Below, in pieces: positions 51,701 through 64,000 of a DNA stretch of 64,000 nucleotides. Both the position numbers and the translations under genes were made by a program. The number at the start of each line of letters is the position of its first letter. Positions within the stretch are counted from its first letter, which is position 1. Below the pieces are notes generated by a model. It was given only the letters and a program-made list of their open reading frames with translations, did not search any database and was not told the DNA's origin. The DNA is from Bugula neritina (taxonomy: Eukaryota; Animalia; Bryozoa): positions 3,483,680 through 3,547,679 of the forward strand of contig OZ037767.1 of assembly GCA_964035545.1 (NCBI GenBank). The letters run 5' to 3'.

Positions 51701-54700
51701 CAGTATGCATAAAATTGTATTGATATATCAAACAATGATTATAGTGTATTGAACAATAAGGCTGGGCTTTACTTATCATCTAGTGTGTCTGCTGTATGTA
51801 CTTATTAGTTGATGGTTTTTGCACTGTTTTTCAACTGCAGTATAAACCTGTCAAACAAACCCGTCACATGTATTGATATTTTAGGGCCGCAAAAGACTGG
51901 CGTCATGTTGAGCCTCCCAGATTGACCAATCAGCATCTAGGTTACTCTGAAAGGGTCGGAGAGAGACTCAACAACTCCGGGTAGGGTGATGAGCTATATC
52001 TGTAACTTGTGGCTTTAGAGCTTGCGTGTGCCGTGTGCGTTTGATTGGGGGCGGGCATGACCCCCTCAACAATATGCACAAAAACTTCTGGTGTCCTGAG
52101 CTATTGCCAGCTATCTAAACTCTCGTTGCTAAATACACGTAGCGCAGGGCTGTAGTTGACGCAAGGGAATGCATATTTGTCTGCTATACTAGATTCACAA
52201 TAGAGCTTTTCTATTTACAAAAGGATGAGATTTATTATAATATAATATGTCTTATTTGTTATCAGTTGTAAAGTATCTTTACTTTGAAATATATTAACAG
52301 AATCTGTTATATCATTTAAACGGCGCGGCTTTTGAAGTTGGGTTGCATCGCTTCATATCCCATAATTCCACGTCTGCATGTACATCAACACACTGGCTGC
52401 TTATCGTCCACCTGTGTCATGTTTTAGGTTGATGAAGCGTTACAGGTATTCTTGATTATTAACAGAAATTTAAGGGTTATCCTCCCAGCAAATGTTGTGA
52501 GAGATTTTGATTTAACCTCCGTGAGGCTCGCTGCTCATAACACGTCTGTAATACCATGGCAGACTCTTTCTGGCTTGCATGCGTTTAGTGTAGATTTGAT
52601 TTCATGCACCTACCAGCTGACCACCTAATGCTAGTGCTCTGGCAGCAAAGTCAGCGTTCTAAGATGCTTTATTAACCACCCCTTGCCCGAGCTCTGATCA
52701 CCTCACCCCTTAAACTACGTTAGGGCCCCTTACTTTGTTATCATGCGCCCCGCAATGTTTCATTATTCTGTGAAGATGTAGGTCTAGGCCTCAGTAAATC
52801 TATTAGGGAAATATATTTTGCTTATTGCTCTATATTATTTTATAACCCCTATTTTGTATTCGCTCCTTCCAATTTAGCCTACGATCCACCACTTCGAAAA
52901 CTGATATCATTATTTTCTCGTGTTCAAGTGAATTAGGCTACAATTATTGTCAAAAACTCGTAATCAGTGCAGTTGAACTTTGACCTCATCAGGTAATAAA
53001 GTCTCTCACGAGATTCTGTGTGTGCAGGTCACAGGAAGTCCTAACCAAGATGCCCGCCTCTGTTCCCAGTCACTACAGCAAACCGGCTGCTCACTACGCC
53101 TCCCCCAACAACTACGCTGTAAGTAAACATCCCTGTCTACACTGCATATCTACACTATATATCTACACTACATATCTTCACTGTCTACACTATATACTGT
53201 ATCTACACTACTGCATATCTACAATATATATCTACACTACATGTCTACACTACATATCTAAACTATATATCTACACTAACTTTATATATACCGTAGTTCA
53301 TTGCCACTAGTTGAGATGTGTTTTAATGCATTCACATAAGTGTTGAAAAAACTTTTTTTAAACTTTTCATACTCTGTGGTATTCTTGCCTGTTTATGTCT
53401 TCCGTGCCAATACAAGGTATTGTGGGAAGAGCTGGACCGTCTACCACCCTCTTGAAAAATAAGCTGATTGATACTTGAAAGTGTGGTATTTCTTAAGTTT
53501 AAGTTTTCATGCTTTTTTCAAGTTTCGCGTTGCTCAAGTTAATAGCATTTCATGAGATTATCTTCTCCCTATACACTCCAATACTGAACATAGTGTTTTC
53601 TAGAATACTGTAATGTATATAGTCTATTGATTTGATGTGTGTTATACCTCACAGCTGGTACAGAGAGAGAGAAAGCTGCATGTTCAATCAATGTAGCATC
53701 ACCTCGAGATTAATTATATCCCCGGAGATCTTGGCCTACGTATAACCTTTTATTAGCTTCTCTTTACACGGCATTTCTTAGAACTTCTGCCCCAACCCCT
53801 CTCCCACACATGTGATATTTGCTTTAAATGGTATTTGCCACTGTCGGCAATTCGCGTACAGGAAACACCTACCTACCGATTCCTGTTTTAGCAACTTGAC
53901 GGGCCGTATTTCAACAGGAAGTTGCAGAGGACATTTTCAGACGAGAGCCTGCAGTCGCCTAGCAGACGTGTGAATTCCCCTGGCAGTGCTTACAGAGACC
54001 AGCTGAGGTCTGTGTCTACCAGCAAGTGAATTTGTTAGACGCCAATCAGTAAACTTCTGTTTGTGATTTTTGGTTTTGGTGCTCACAACTTTTAGAGCAA
54101 ATATCAAAAAAGCTGTAGTTTATTCTAAACCTAGCTAGTCGTTGCTTCCCCTTCAGTTTCTATTCCTAAGTGTTGAATCTGAAAGAATTTTAGCAATTTA
54201 GAATCGCAAATAATTCCTTTGCTCAGCATAACAAGACTATAAAACTTGGGAATGATGAATAATCTATATTCAACTTTGATAATTTTAAATTTGGAGTTTT
54301 CTCCCTCTACAGATTGACCATAGTCTAGTTGTTTACTGTTGACTGCTGCTGTTATTTAGGAGAGTACCGCAAGAGCTGGTAGGGGTAACCAGGAGTAGGA
54401 CCGGCTCCATCCCCTTGGATCCCGGGGCCAACTCTGTGCACATTGACGATGAAGACCTTGACTGGAATAAACTAGTGAACACGGCCTCTAAGGCTATCGA
54501 ATCAGGTAACCAACTCAACTTTCTCTACTTTTACTCCCCTTTACAGATGTGTTTATATGCAGATTGTAACAATCTCCAGACTCGGGTTTTGATATTATGC
54601 TAACCAACTCGAGTGCACACTTAGTAATAGGAATATTTTCTCTGGTCTTTTTATTTGCTTCAGGTTGGACAAACATATGCCTGTAGTTTTTAAAGCTGTT

Positions 54701-57700
54701 TAGTTTATATTACGGCTTCAGTGGCCTTGTATGCTATCAGCCTGTTTGTAATGTTTAGGGACCAGTACATCAGCCAATCACTACGTCACGCTGGTGCCGT
54801 GGAAATCAGGTGTGTAGTTAGTAATAGTTAGCTTCTACCTGCTGATACCTTGCTGACACCTTACTGACACCCTACTGATACCTCTTTCAACGCACCACCA
54901 GTTTCTGTAGACTTTAGTCACTGAATTTCCAGTTTTACTCCACTAAACGTTTTCACTGAAATTGTCCTGAAGCTTTAGTAGCTGTTAATTTATAGTTACA
55001 TAGAGTTATCATATTTTCTGGTGCACAGTCATAACAAAGGCAATACAAAGTATGTTTTGGATCTCAGTCTTTTGATATAGAATCGTGAAGTTGTCTCTCC
55101 ACATTTCTTCACAATTTATACCCTCCCCCCTTCCTCCCAATTGTATTCTAACACTTCTTCAGCATGCAGTTTGGTTGTAAGGATATCTGTAAGATGTTCT
55201 TTTTATTGGCATGTGTCAAAGCTTTTTATTGGTTGCTATTCTAAAAAAAATACATTCTGGCTTGCTATTGGTTACTGCTTCCTTAGTTTCACCAATCACC
55301 TTTTTCTTAGTTGCTATTGCACATATGGTACTGCATCATTAGTTTATTAGTAAAATTTGTTAGTTCTTTTCCTTGCTGCCTTTTGGTCAAATTTATCTAG
55401 TATGCAAGCCGTTACACGAATTTCTTTCTCTTCATTTTTATTTCAGTTAGAAAACCATATTTCACCTCACCTTATGGCTTTATATTTTAGTTCATTTTGG
55501 CATTAAGTATAAAAACAAATAAAATACAAATAAATTCTTACTACTTTTATAAATATATATAATTCTGTTACCTGGATCAGATAAAGATAGATCATTAAAC
55601 ATCTTTTTAATAGAAAGTGTTTTAAAAAGTTTAACTTAGCAATGTAATAATTCAAACTAGATTACTTTGGTTGTTGTTTGAAAATTTAAATTATTGTTGT
55701 ATTCGGTTCACTTTAGTTTACATTGTACTAAGATGTGGGTATAATTAGCTCATTCTAGGTTACTTCAGCTACTGTTTCTGGTAGAATGATTTTTCCTCTT
55801 GCATTCACACGGTCACTAGAGTGTAGAGAGGTTTGGAGCTCTTCCCAAAGGAGTGTTTGTGCAGCTTATATATTTGTAATACAATGTCACATTACTGTGT
55901 CTAGTTTAAATATATCTGGAAATTGATTAGGGGTGATTATTGAATTAGAGGGCTAATAGACATTTCTGTGATTTAATTAACTTCATACATTACTAATCAA
56001 TAGCACCATTTCAATATATACCACAACCTTATATCTACTAAATATACCACCTTGCATCCATCCACCTACTTCTGCACAAATGTTTTCGTTTTAACTTTTT
56101 GCAAACTTCCACCCCTTTACTAATAGCATGCTATATCATCTTTCCCATTGCATATCACATCTATTTGGCTGTGGTGTTGGTTATTTCAGTTAGTATAATG
56201 ACTTTATATGCCGAAATCAGTGGTAAAATTACTGCGAAACTTGATAGTTTAGCAGCAATAATTCAGACAAAGTTCCAAGCATTGGAATTCTGAACTAATT
56301 TTCTTTTTCTCAAGCTAAAACTCCGAGACTAACGGGTTACCTTGTACACGCCCTCAATGTGCTTAAAGTATCTTTTAACCAATACACTGATTCATTAGCT
56401 TCTAAAGAGGAAACATGGTAGCTGGAGGTTTAGTGCGAAGTGAAAGTGGTTAAACTGCAGGTCATTGTTGTAGAATTGCAGTTTACAGAAGCATGTACCC
56501 AAGTGTCCTTCTTTGATTTGATTAGAAATAAATTTAATAAAGTTTTATTCAACATTATCAACAAACCTGACAGATAAAATTTATACCATACAAGTACAGC
56601 TCACATTCCAAACCTCCAGAATTAATTTTTACCAAATTGCTCCGCCTTTTCCTGCTTGAAGTATCCAAACTACTTTTACTATATTTTCTATTTTTCTATT
56701 TTCTATTTAGAGCCATCTAGCGCAAGCAGATCTCATGACTCGTCAACAGATAAAGATAACAGCAGCTTACTATCTGGGTCAGTATTAATTGTTTATATAC
56801 AACCTGATAGCTTAATAAAAGATGTGGAGCTTCGTTTGAATGTGCTCACCACTTCAGTATACTATATTTATTGGGCGGTCTTTCCAAACTCCGTATCCAG
56901 CTCTTTCCTGTTTGTATAAAGTTGGTAGACCACTGGACGCTCTCCTTTAAATCTCTTCTCCCGATTTGTTATAGAAACTCAACGCCGACTCAAGATAAGA
57001 CGAAGGAACTGGAAGTGAGGTGCAGTCGGCTGGAACATGATCTCTACATGGAAAAGAGGAAGTGCAAAGATTTGGAGCGAAGACTTCAGTTGGAGAAAAA
57101 TAGAAACGGGGATTTGCTGAGAGATATTTCTGAGTTGAAGAAGGAGAATTCTTCTCTCAGGTTGGTTATTTACCGTTGGATATATGAATTGTGCTGTGGG
57201 TGTTTTGAGAGGTTGAGATAGTCTGAGTAGAATGTAGTGGGAGGCGGAGATAGTCTGAATAGAATGTAGTGGGAGGCGGAGATAGTCCGAGTAGAATGTG
57301 GTGGGAGGCGGAGATAGTCTGAGTAGAATGTGGTGGGAGGCGGAGATAGTCTGAGTGAGATTTCATAATGGCTAAACTTAGACATTGATAAAAGTGAACA
57401 GTAACTATCTTTTTAACTATATATTATGTGATTAATATACAGTATATAATCAAAAAATAGTTGTGTAGCAGGGATATGCTATATCAACATATATCATATG
57501 TTGTATCATATGCCATATGATGATGATTGGCTATATCGTATGTTATATAATGATCATTACATGCTATTATATATCGTATATTCTTTAATTTAAAGGTGCC
57601 AACTGCCCTAGACCATTTTCAGGTAAATGCTTGTGTAATAGTAACCGTCTCAAACAGCATCTTTTAAACCCGCTGCTTTGTCTTCCAACTCATATTTCTG

Positions 57701-58309
57701 GGCCTCCATCAGTGTTAATATCAGTACTTCATTTTCTTCCCTTCCTAATAGTGTTTTAGATAGATCTGTACGTTATATGTGATAAGGGTTATATGGAAAC
57801 TAAAATGTCTTGCAAGATTTCTGTATTGTGTAATAGCTGTATGTGATGTGATATCTATGGAATATTTTGGTAATAAATTAGAAATTAAGTAAATTCGAAT
57901 AAATTTATCAACTTGCATTCACTCTCTATGCTGCACTTGTTTAAAGATAGTTTGACCTTGACTTTTAGGAAACACTCTGTTTGCATAGATTTCACAAACT
58001 TTCTTTCTTGGTAACATCTTATCAGTTTATGGTGTGTGTTCCTTTCTTGGTATGGCATGCTTTGCTGCAGTAAATGTTTAAATCATTTATAACACAACTG
58101 AAGATCAACCAATCAGTTCTCATTTCATTCTTGTTTTTATCTAAAGTTGTATTAATTTTTTGTTAAACAATTTCAACTCTTAGCCAATCAGCAGTTGAGA
58201 AATTTTACCTCCTCATTTCAGATCTCAGCTGACCAAAACCAAATCAAATGTTTCTGACTTCACTGAAAATTTCCTGTGTGCTTACGACGGGCCAGAGAGC
58301 GCCATGTGA
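30740..58309 (+). CDS. SIPA1L: Signal-induced proliferation-associated 1-like protein (SPAR family Rap GTPase-activating protein with PDZ domain and C-terminal coiled coil)
   Basis: About 31 phase-consistent exons starting near 30740, 33146, 34089, 35522, 37829, 38433, 39735, 40322, 40859, 41346, 41922, 42502, 42917, 43457, 43918, 44412, 44672, 45216, 45919, 46289, 48135, 48740, 50544, 51885, 53028, 53891, 54360, 54759, 56712, 56975 and 58222. Family motifs include [58 protein letters not shown], catalytic [13 protein letters not shown] ([12 protein letters not shown]...GSRLVEIC), [10 protein letters not shown] and LDWNKLV, ending in GPESAM*. The N-terminal exons are less certain. Confidence 0.93.
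30790..31100 (+). repeat. Degenerate tandem repeat built from the donor site (ggtaagtcttgtacttact)
   Basis: Repeated gtaagt...cttact units begin exactly at the donor of the first coding exon. Confidence 0.75.
33285..33590. repeat. 20-bp minisatellite (AGTGAGTTATATATACTCAT)n, near-palindromic unit
   Basis: About 14 units just after the gtgagt donor at 33285. Confidence 0.92.
33825..33907. repeat. (CACT)n microsatellite
   Basis: Read directly from the sequence. Confidence 0.85.
36125..36212. repeat. 29-bp tandem repeat, three copies
   Basis: ctactactgtaactcccctctaaatagcc units. Confidence 0.8.
36539..36882. mobile_element. PIF/Harbinger-type MITE (344 bp, 70-bp TIRs, TAA target-site duplication)
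   Basis: taa|GCCTAGGGCCACACGGTGCG...CCACTGT (36539-36608) versus ACAGTGG...CGCACCGTGTGGCCCAAGGC|taa (36813-36882), one mismatch. Confidence 0.88.
39610..39720. repeat. 18-bp tandem repeat (ACTATAACTAACAGTTTC), about six copies
   Basis: Directly upstream of the acceptor at 39735. Confidence 0.85.
40028..40250. mobile_element. Fragment of a related Harbinger-like MITE
   Basis: Starts tagggccacacg like the 36539 TIR. Internal ctaattggct...agcgagc.catttct.ttattt matches 36685-36727. No right TIR found. Confidence 0.55.
41578..41750. repeat. Degenerate (TGTC/TGTT)n repeat
   Basis: Read directly from the sequence. Confidence 0.75.
43248..43469 (+). repeat. 32-bp tandem repeat, seven copies, spanning the 3' splice site of the RapGAP catalytic exon
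   Basis: Unit actatgttgtttactctAG|ttgctaaggaagt; the last unit is the true acceptor plus the codons for LLRK. Confidence 0.9.
48549..48708. repeat. 12-14 bp tandem repeat (CTGTAGAAAGTATA/CTGTAGAAAGTAT)n
   Basis: Read directly; lies just upstream of the exon at 48740. Confidence 0.88.
49222..49415 (+). mobile_element. tRNA-derived SINE, best-preserved copy (tRNA-Thr-like head)
   Basis: A-box-like TGGTCTAGGGG, anticodon-loop-like CT-AGT-AA and B box GGTTCGAACCC, followed by a non-tRNA body. Three further copies occur in the window. Confidence 0.82.
53135..53280. repeat. Degenerate tandem repeat (CTACACTAcATAT)n
   Basis: Read directly; immediately after the exon ending at 53118. Confidence 0.75.
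57215..57355. repeat. 32-bp minisatellite, about 4.5 copies
   Basis: gagatagtctgagtagaatgt(a/g)gtgggaggcg units. Confidence 0.92.
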
Positions 58310-61281
58310 CAGAGTGTCATGTGACAGACTGGACAGTGTCATGTGACCAGCTTACTGGGTCATCAGAGATTACAAGCTCTCTATTCAAATGAAGGAACTA
58401 GCAGTACATGGCACTATGTTTATAGCTTCTGGGTGTTACACTTTTTATCGCATTTTCTTTTTGAAAAACAAATACTATTGTAAATAATTTAATATAATTC
58501 AACGGCCGGGTGCTGAAAATATTTCTATTCCTGTAAATAATAAGGAAGTCTTAAATAGTTTAACATTGTTTTATATTTCATCTAGCATCTTATTGCCAGG
58601 ACACTGTAGTCCTAGATGTAGACCTAGAATACTGCGGCAGGTAGATTAATTTACTTGGTCTCTTAGCACAAAATATATTTCTGTTACTAATTAAAACTAT
58701 GTTCACCCATGACTCATCTATGTTATATTTTTGTACTAATTTTTGTTTTATTTATATGGGTGTGTAAATTATTTTTTTTGTGTTTAGCATTTTACTCCGA
58801 TGGAATTATGATTGTCTTATTGCAAGTTACAAAATGTGTAGCTTTTCAACCAAGTTTGCTAATTAGACATGTACAGGCTCTGTACAGTTTTATTGTTTTG
58901 TATTCCAACCAGTAAATAAATTATTCCAAAAGCCTATCCTAAAGTTTGATGCTGCGTAATTCTTCTCAATAGAAAGTATTAGTTTAAAATTCTTAGTAAA
59001 GTAAATCAATTATACGTGTAATAAACACCTCGGCTTTCAGCTTTCTTTCAACCGCCTGAAGTGTGCCTGTTCTAAGCATCATAGCATATGGTGAGGCAGC
59101 TAATCCCGCCTACAATCACACTTTGAACAGTTGATGTAAACCAAACTGACGCCAGCTGATTCTTATAAATTCATGTTTGTACGTTACCTTGGGCAGTCTG
59201 TTATAATATCACAGGTTATTTAATGTTTTTACTCTAAAAATGAAAAACCTCTTCATTTGTATTAAAACAAAGCAAACTAATATTTCTTGTACCACTGTAT
59301 TCATCTTCATGTAAGTTTGAAGTGGTATTCGAAATATTAGCTTTCTTTGTTTTAATATAAATAAAGTAAACATAAACACTAAAATGATTCTTTGATGGTA
59401 GTTCATAAGAATGCACATCATAAATATACGCTACAGTATGGACCTAGCTTACATATGCAACATATAGGTATATTTGACAAAATATATTTAAGCTGCAAAT
59501 ATAGACCTATCAAACCTATAGATTTGAGAAATAATGAAAGGCTATACAACATTTATGCTGTTGAACACGCATATGATTAGGTAGAGTGGCATTTCCAGTA
59601 TTCACTCTGCTATTTTCCATTTCTAGATCTGTGATAGTATTTATCATGAAAGGAACTGATGAAATGCATTGAAGATGTTACTTTAAAACAAAAAGAAATG
59701 TATGCTAATCAGATGGGCTGGAAATGCTGAAGGCTATAAAAGTTGTCAATGAAGTGCAAATTATGGCACACTCATTGGACATAAGTTGTGTCACATTTAC
59801 ATTATAGACAATAAGTCAAAACATCTCACTTGGTAATCAAGTACTCTTCAGGTTATGCTAGCTTTCCATTTTCTCTCTTTCTATAAACACACTGCTGGTA
59901 AATTGTCACGATGTGTCAAACTATGATAAACAAATGTTAGGTTGATTCTCTTTTCTAGATTTCCTTGGCAAATAATATTCCAACAAGTTTACCATAACTT
60001 TGAAAATGTTTTTGAAAGATTTAAAACTGTCATTTTAAAAAATGTTATTGATTGTAAATTCACTTAATAAAACTGTGTAACACATGTTTTAATTAGTATA
60101 AAAGCAACTAAATATTTAGCATAAACTATATGTATAATAACATTTAGTGAGCACTACTAAAATGCTGCATGTAATCCAAATAACTGGTAGTATATAGATT
60201 AACCTAAAATATTTACTTCAATTTTTCATTATAATTACCATATATAGTAATGATATTTGGATAATTATAAGTAAATTTGCAATTAACATTTGACCATCAT
60301 AATGAACTCACATGTAGTTCATAAACTAAATATTGTGCTGCCATATTGATACATGGCTGGTAACAGAAACATGACTGAATTAACACCTGACCAGGGCTAT
60401 TATATAATATTTCTTACATGTGTTGTATTTTAATATGAAAAATAAAAAAGTATATTTGGTTGGTGTCTAATATTGATATAAAAAGCAATTAATTAAATTT
60501 TATTTGTTTTTATGCAAAATGAGGTGAAAAGTAATATGAAATTATCCTAATTGTAATGGGCAGAAAATCTATTAGAATTATCACTTAGCAACACAAGGCT
60601 GTTGATTTGTAGATTACAATTTAGATAAAAATATATAAGCCACCAATTTCATCTGTCACAATTATTATCTGCATCTAAAAAACTGGTCCCAGATAACAAG
60701 TTGTGGAGAATTATACTGTAATTAATGAAAACATATCTTATTAATCAGAATTAAACACTTTCTTCAACAATTATTAGGAAAGAATTTTCTCACTCGATAA
60801 GCTGTTGAAAGTTTACTGTGTTGAATAATGTGCCCATGCGAATTAATTATATTGTGTTAATTTTAGTATAATTGCAGTAAAATTGGCCATGTGCAATAAC
60901 TTGTAAATCTTACGATAGAAGGAGAAATAATGACATGTGCTGAATTGTTCTCCTTGCAGTTGATGACTAGATTAAAACTCACTAATACCCCGAGGGAGCA
61001 TTTTAAGAGCTTTTGACTGCTGCTGTCTTAATTCATAGAAGTGTGCAAGTTTTTCTCTTGCCTTATATATTCCAAACTTGCCAAATATCAGGATAAGTGT
61101 GATCGACACACATCGCAGTCGATAGGGCAGCAACATAGCTAGCCGAGGACAGCGTAGTTTGACCGGTCTGGCGCTGAGAAAGACAGCGTTCAAAGACACG
61201 AGAATTGCGTTTCATTGGCTGAGATTATTTATATATCAGCATTCAAAGAAATTACATTTAAAGTAAGTTAGTTAAATCACA

Positions 61282-63101
61282 ATGGTAATAATGTCCTCAG
61301 GAGCCATGGATCAAAGCAACACAAGTTCTGGAAATGTTTCTTCTAGCGACTCTTCAGACAAAAGGGAATATTCGACTATTTATGGCATGTCTTCTGCAGA
61401 TGCCAGCTCCATGATCAGTGAAACAGGTGCCCTTACTATTATATTTAATTATTGGAGGCCAATTTGTTAAAATTGATTAAATAAAAATAATTTAGATTTA
61501 ATATCAGTGAGTTATAGTAGATGAAAATAGGATGTTATAACTCAATGAAATAGAGGAAACATGATTAAGGTTGCTACTGATGTTGACAATTCAATTGTGA
61601 GCTGAATAATACTATAAGGGAAGTTATTTGTCATTATATACGCTCGTTTGATTTAATTTCTTCTATTTTATTATCTTAGATTATATATTCAATAATTATA
61701 TTTTTCTTTACTTCTTTGTATTATGGAATAGTGAGCAACGTAATCTACTATTAGTTACCCAACTAGGTCCAACTAGACTTGTAGAAACTGAGACCTTATA
61801 CTTACTGTAAACTTAATATTTGCATAAAGCAAATCTGATTGACCAGGTAATAATTATTTTAATAATGAAATCAAAATTCTTTATTATTCTATGTACTTCA
61901 ATTTAAAAAATACATTTATAACAAATGCGTGTTATGTAGTGGCCAACATTTACCGTAGAATAAAATTTATATTGTATTTACTATCTATATTAAAATATTT
62001 TTTGCTCAAACTAGCTTCATTTTCTTTTTATAGTTTTATAAAAATATTTTCTCTCCAAGTTGCAATATAAATGTCTTGCCATTTCACTTCTGAGTATAAT
62101 CACATACATATATACTGGCTGGTTACATATAAAAAGGTAAGTTAAACTTATACTTGCTGTAGCCGACAATGGTGCCTTTAAAAAACTGGGTCCAGTGTCT
62201 AGCCTTGGATCTCACCATACTCCTGGCTCAGGGCCGGCTCCACCACGCCGTCGACACAGGACTACTTTCACACAAGAACAATTACAAGTTAGTTTAACCA
62301 ATGATCACACACTAATATTTAGCTATCATTGTTATTTTTATTTTTCAACTTTAAAATAAACTTTATATGTTAGTATTTATCCCAATTTAAAAATATATTA
62401 GCTGTTATATTATCATATTGTGATTGCCTTGCAAATTTTATGTTTTCTTGGTTTTATTTTACACAAAGAGTTTTATAAGAATGACTTTGTATGACACAAC
62501 ACTCATCTTCTCCCACAGTCCGGTTAGCTTTGCCTTAAAACTCTATTCTAAATAGTAATATTTTTTCTACTACAAAACTCATAAATCTTTTAAAGAAAAT
62601 TTTTTTAAGTGGTAACAATTTAACTTTTTACTGAGTTTTGCAGAAGTTTAAAATGCTTTGTTTCAGAGACTTTATTATAAAAATTTCTCTCTTATTTTAA
62701 TTGAATCTCATCAATTTAGGTCACTTTTAGCTTTAAAATAGTATCTCTTACTTAGCAAAATTATTTTGTTTGAATGAACTAAATTTATAGTTAATTGCAT
62801 GCTGATTATAAATCCATTCTTATACTAAAATTTGTTCATTTATAAATATAGGCATAGATAGAAATGCTGACTATGATGTATATAATAAATGCGTAATAAT
62901 ATGATATCTATAATATGTGTAATATGTATAATATGTAGAATATGTGTAATATGTATAATATGTGTAATATGTGTAATATATTATATAATATCACATATAT
63001 TTCAGGAGTTAGAATCGGCCTTTAGTAAAAGTCACTATCCAGATATTTACGTGAGAGAAGAATTAGCCCGAGTTACTAAACTCAACGAGGCTAGAATTCA
63101 G
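61282..63101 (+). CDS. Prop1: Paired-like homeobox protein of the Prop1/unc-42 family, 5' part (helix 3 exon beyond the window)
   Basis: Exons 61282-61426, 62163-62287 and 63006-63101 give ...[10 protein letters not shown]...[16 protein letters not shown]|[32 protein letters not shown]|. The intron sits at the canonical PRD-class position before VWFQN, and the homeodomain matches my recollection of unc-42/CG32532/Prop. Confidence 0.88.
62905..62990. repeat. 9-bp tandem repeat (AATATGTGT/AATATGTAT)
   Basis: Just upstream of the homeobox exon acceptor. Confidence 0.75.
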
Positions 63102-63834
63102 GTACCGGTGAACAAATATCATAGCGGTTGTCACAAAATATGATTTTATTCCATAGGCAGTAGCTTTTGTTTCACTCATATGTATTATGATATATCACAT
63201 ATGTTACAAAAAATTTATGGGTATTTCTTGGAGGCACAAAACTACACAGCAGTGCTGCATAATATGCTTTTCAATATACTACCTTTTCTTAATATATAAT
63301 ATGCACATTATACACTATAGTTAAGTTATGTAAACAGCTGGGTTAGCGATCGCTTTTCTTTTTTAGAAGAAAGTATTGAATAAACTAACAGTAACTGATA
63401 AAGATTATGTTATTTTATTAAAGCAAAGTGATTGGATATTTCTTTTTCTTTGCAAATAATTTTTATGAACTATTAAATTGTTGTTCTCTGTTGTTTAAGC
63501 TAATTTTGATAAATTGCAAAAATATTTACTTGTAATAAAAATATACATCTGCAAGCTAAATATGAATTATCACCTCTCAGACCTAAGCAATCATATTAAT
63601 TTTAATTTGTTTCATAAAAATTAATTTAAATAAAATCACCCAAGGTTAAGAAAACTTTGGTATTATAATTTATAAAAAAGATGCATTTTAATTGATTTTG
63701 TTGTTAGTAGTTGCATGTTTGATTCATCTACTGGTACAGCAACACAGCAATTAATGAGAGGTGCATAGGCTATGTAAAGTATGTGTAGAACTTGCAGCAA
63801 ATGATATTAGTTATAAATACTGTTAGGAGTCAAA

Positions 63835-64000
63835 TGTATGTGTGTTATGCACTGTGTATGCTTTCTATGTACTGTATATGTTTTCTATGTACTTTGTATG
63901 CTTTCTATGTACTGTAAATGTGCTATGTACTGTAAGTGTGTGCTATGTACTGTAAGTGTGTGCTATGTACTGTAAGTGTGCTGAGTACAGTAAGTGTGCT
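63835..64000. repeat. 18-20 bp tandem repeat (CTATGTACTGTAAGTGTGTG-like)
   Basis: Read directly; runs off the end of the window. Confidence 0.85.

Noticed and set aside
57596-57622. Possible 27-nt microexon before the last SIPA1L exon
   Set aside because: In the required phase it contains TAG, and the acceptor is weak.
60400-61000. Autoregulatory paired-homeodomain (TAAT-N3-ATTA) sites upstream of the Prop1-like gene
   Set aside because: There are many TAAT/ATTA words, as expected in such AT-rich DNA, and I saw no clean P3 palindrome.

Overview
This is AT-rich, intron-rich animal genomic DNA (probably a bilaterian invertebrate), so the ORF track mostly shows fragments. I rebuilt the genes by hand from GT-AG sites and codon phase. 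Minus strand, left to right: the 5' part of a secreted C-type lectin gene (<380-1249); a type-I membrane protein with a sushi-like domain, Thr-rich stalk and RRGS-repeat tail (2159-5489); an orphan protein of about 350 aa (6126-9612); and three tandem divergent M6PR/ATG27-like (MRH-domain) genes (10703-14735, 15571-19719, 21384-25533). The third M6PR-like copy lacks the transmembrane and tail exons and ends in an acidic SGSG tail. Plus strand: a ~31-exon SIPA1L/SPAR RapGAP-PDZ gene (30740-58309) and the 5' part of a Prop1/unc-42-type paired-like homeobox gene (61282->63101). Repeats include two inverted copies of an element carrying a type-I hammerhead ribozyme (one intact, one mutated at the cleavage triplet), four copies of a tRNA-derived SINE, MITE-like foldback elements and many minisatellites, several built from the adjacent splice site. 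The best candidates for novelty are the MRH cluster with a soluble proteoglycan-like member, the hammerhead pair, splice-site-derived decoy arrays and in-frame microexons in SIPA1L. All calls come from manual reading; no database searches were run.
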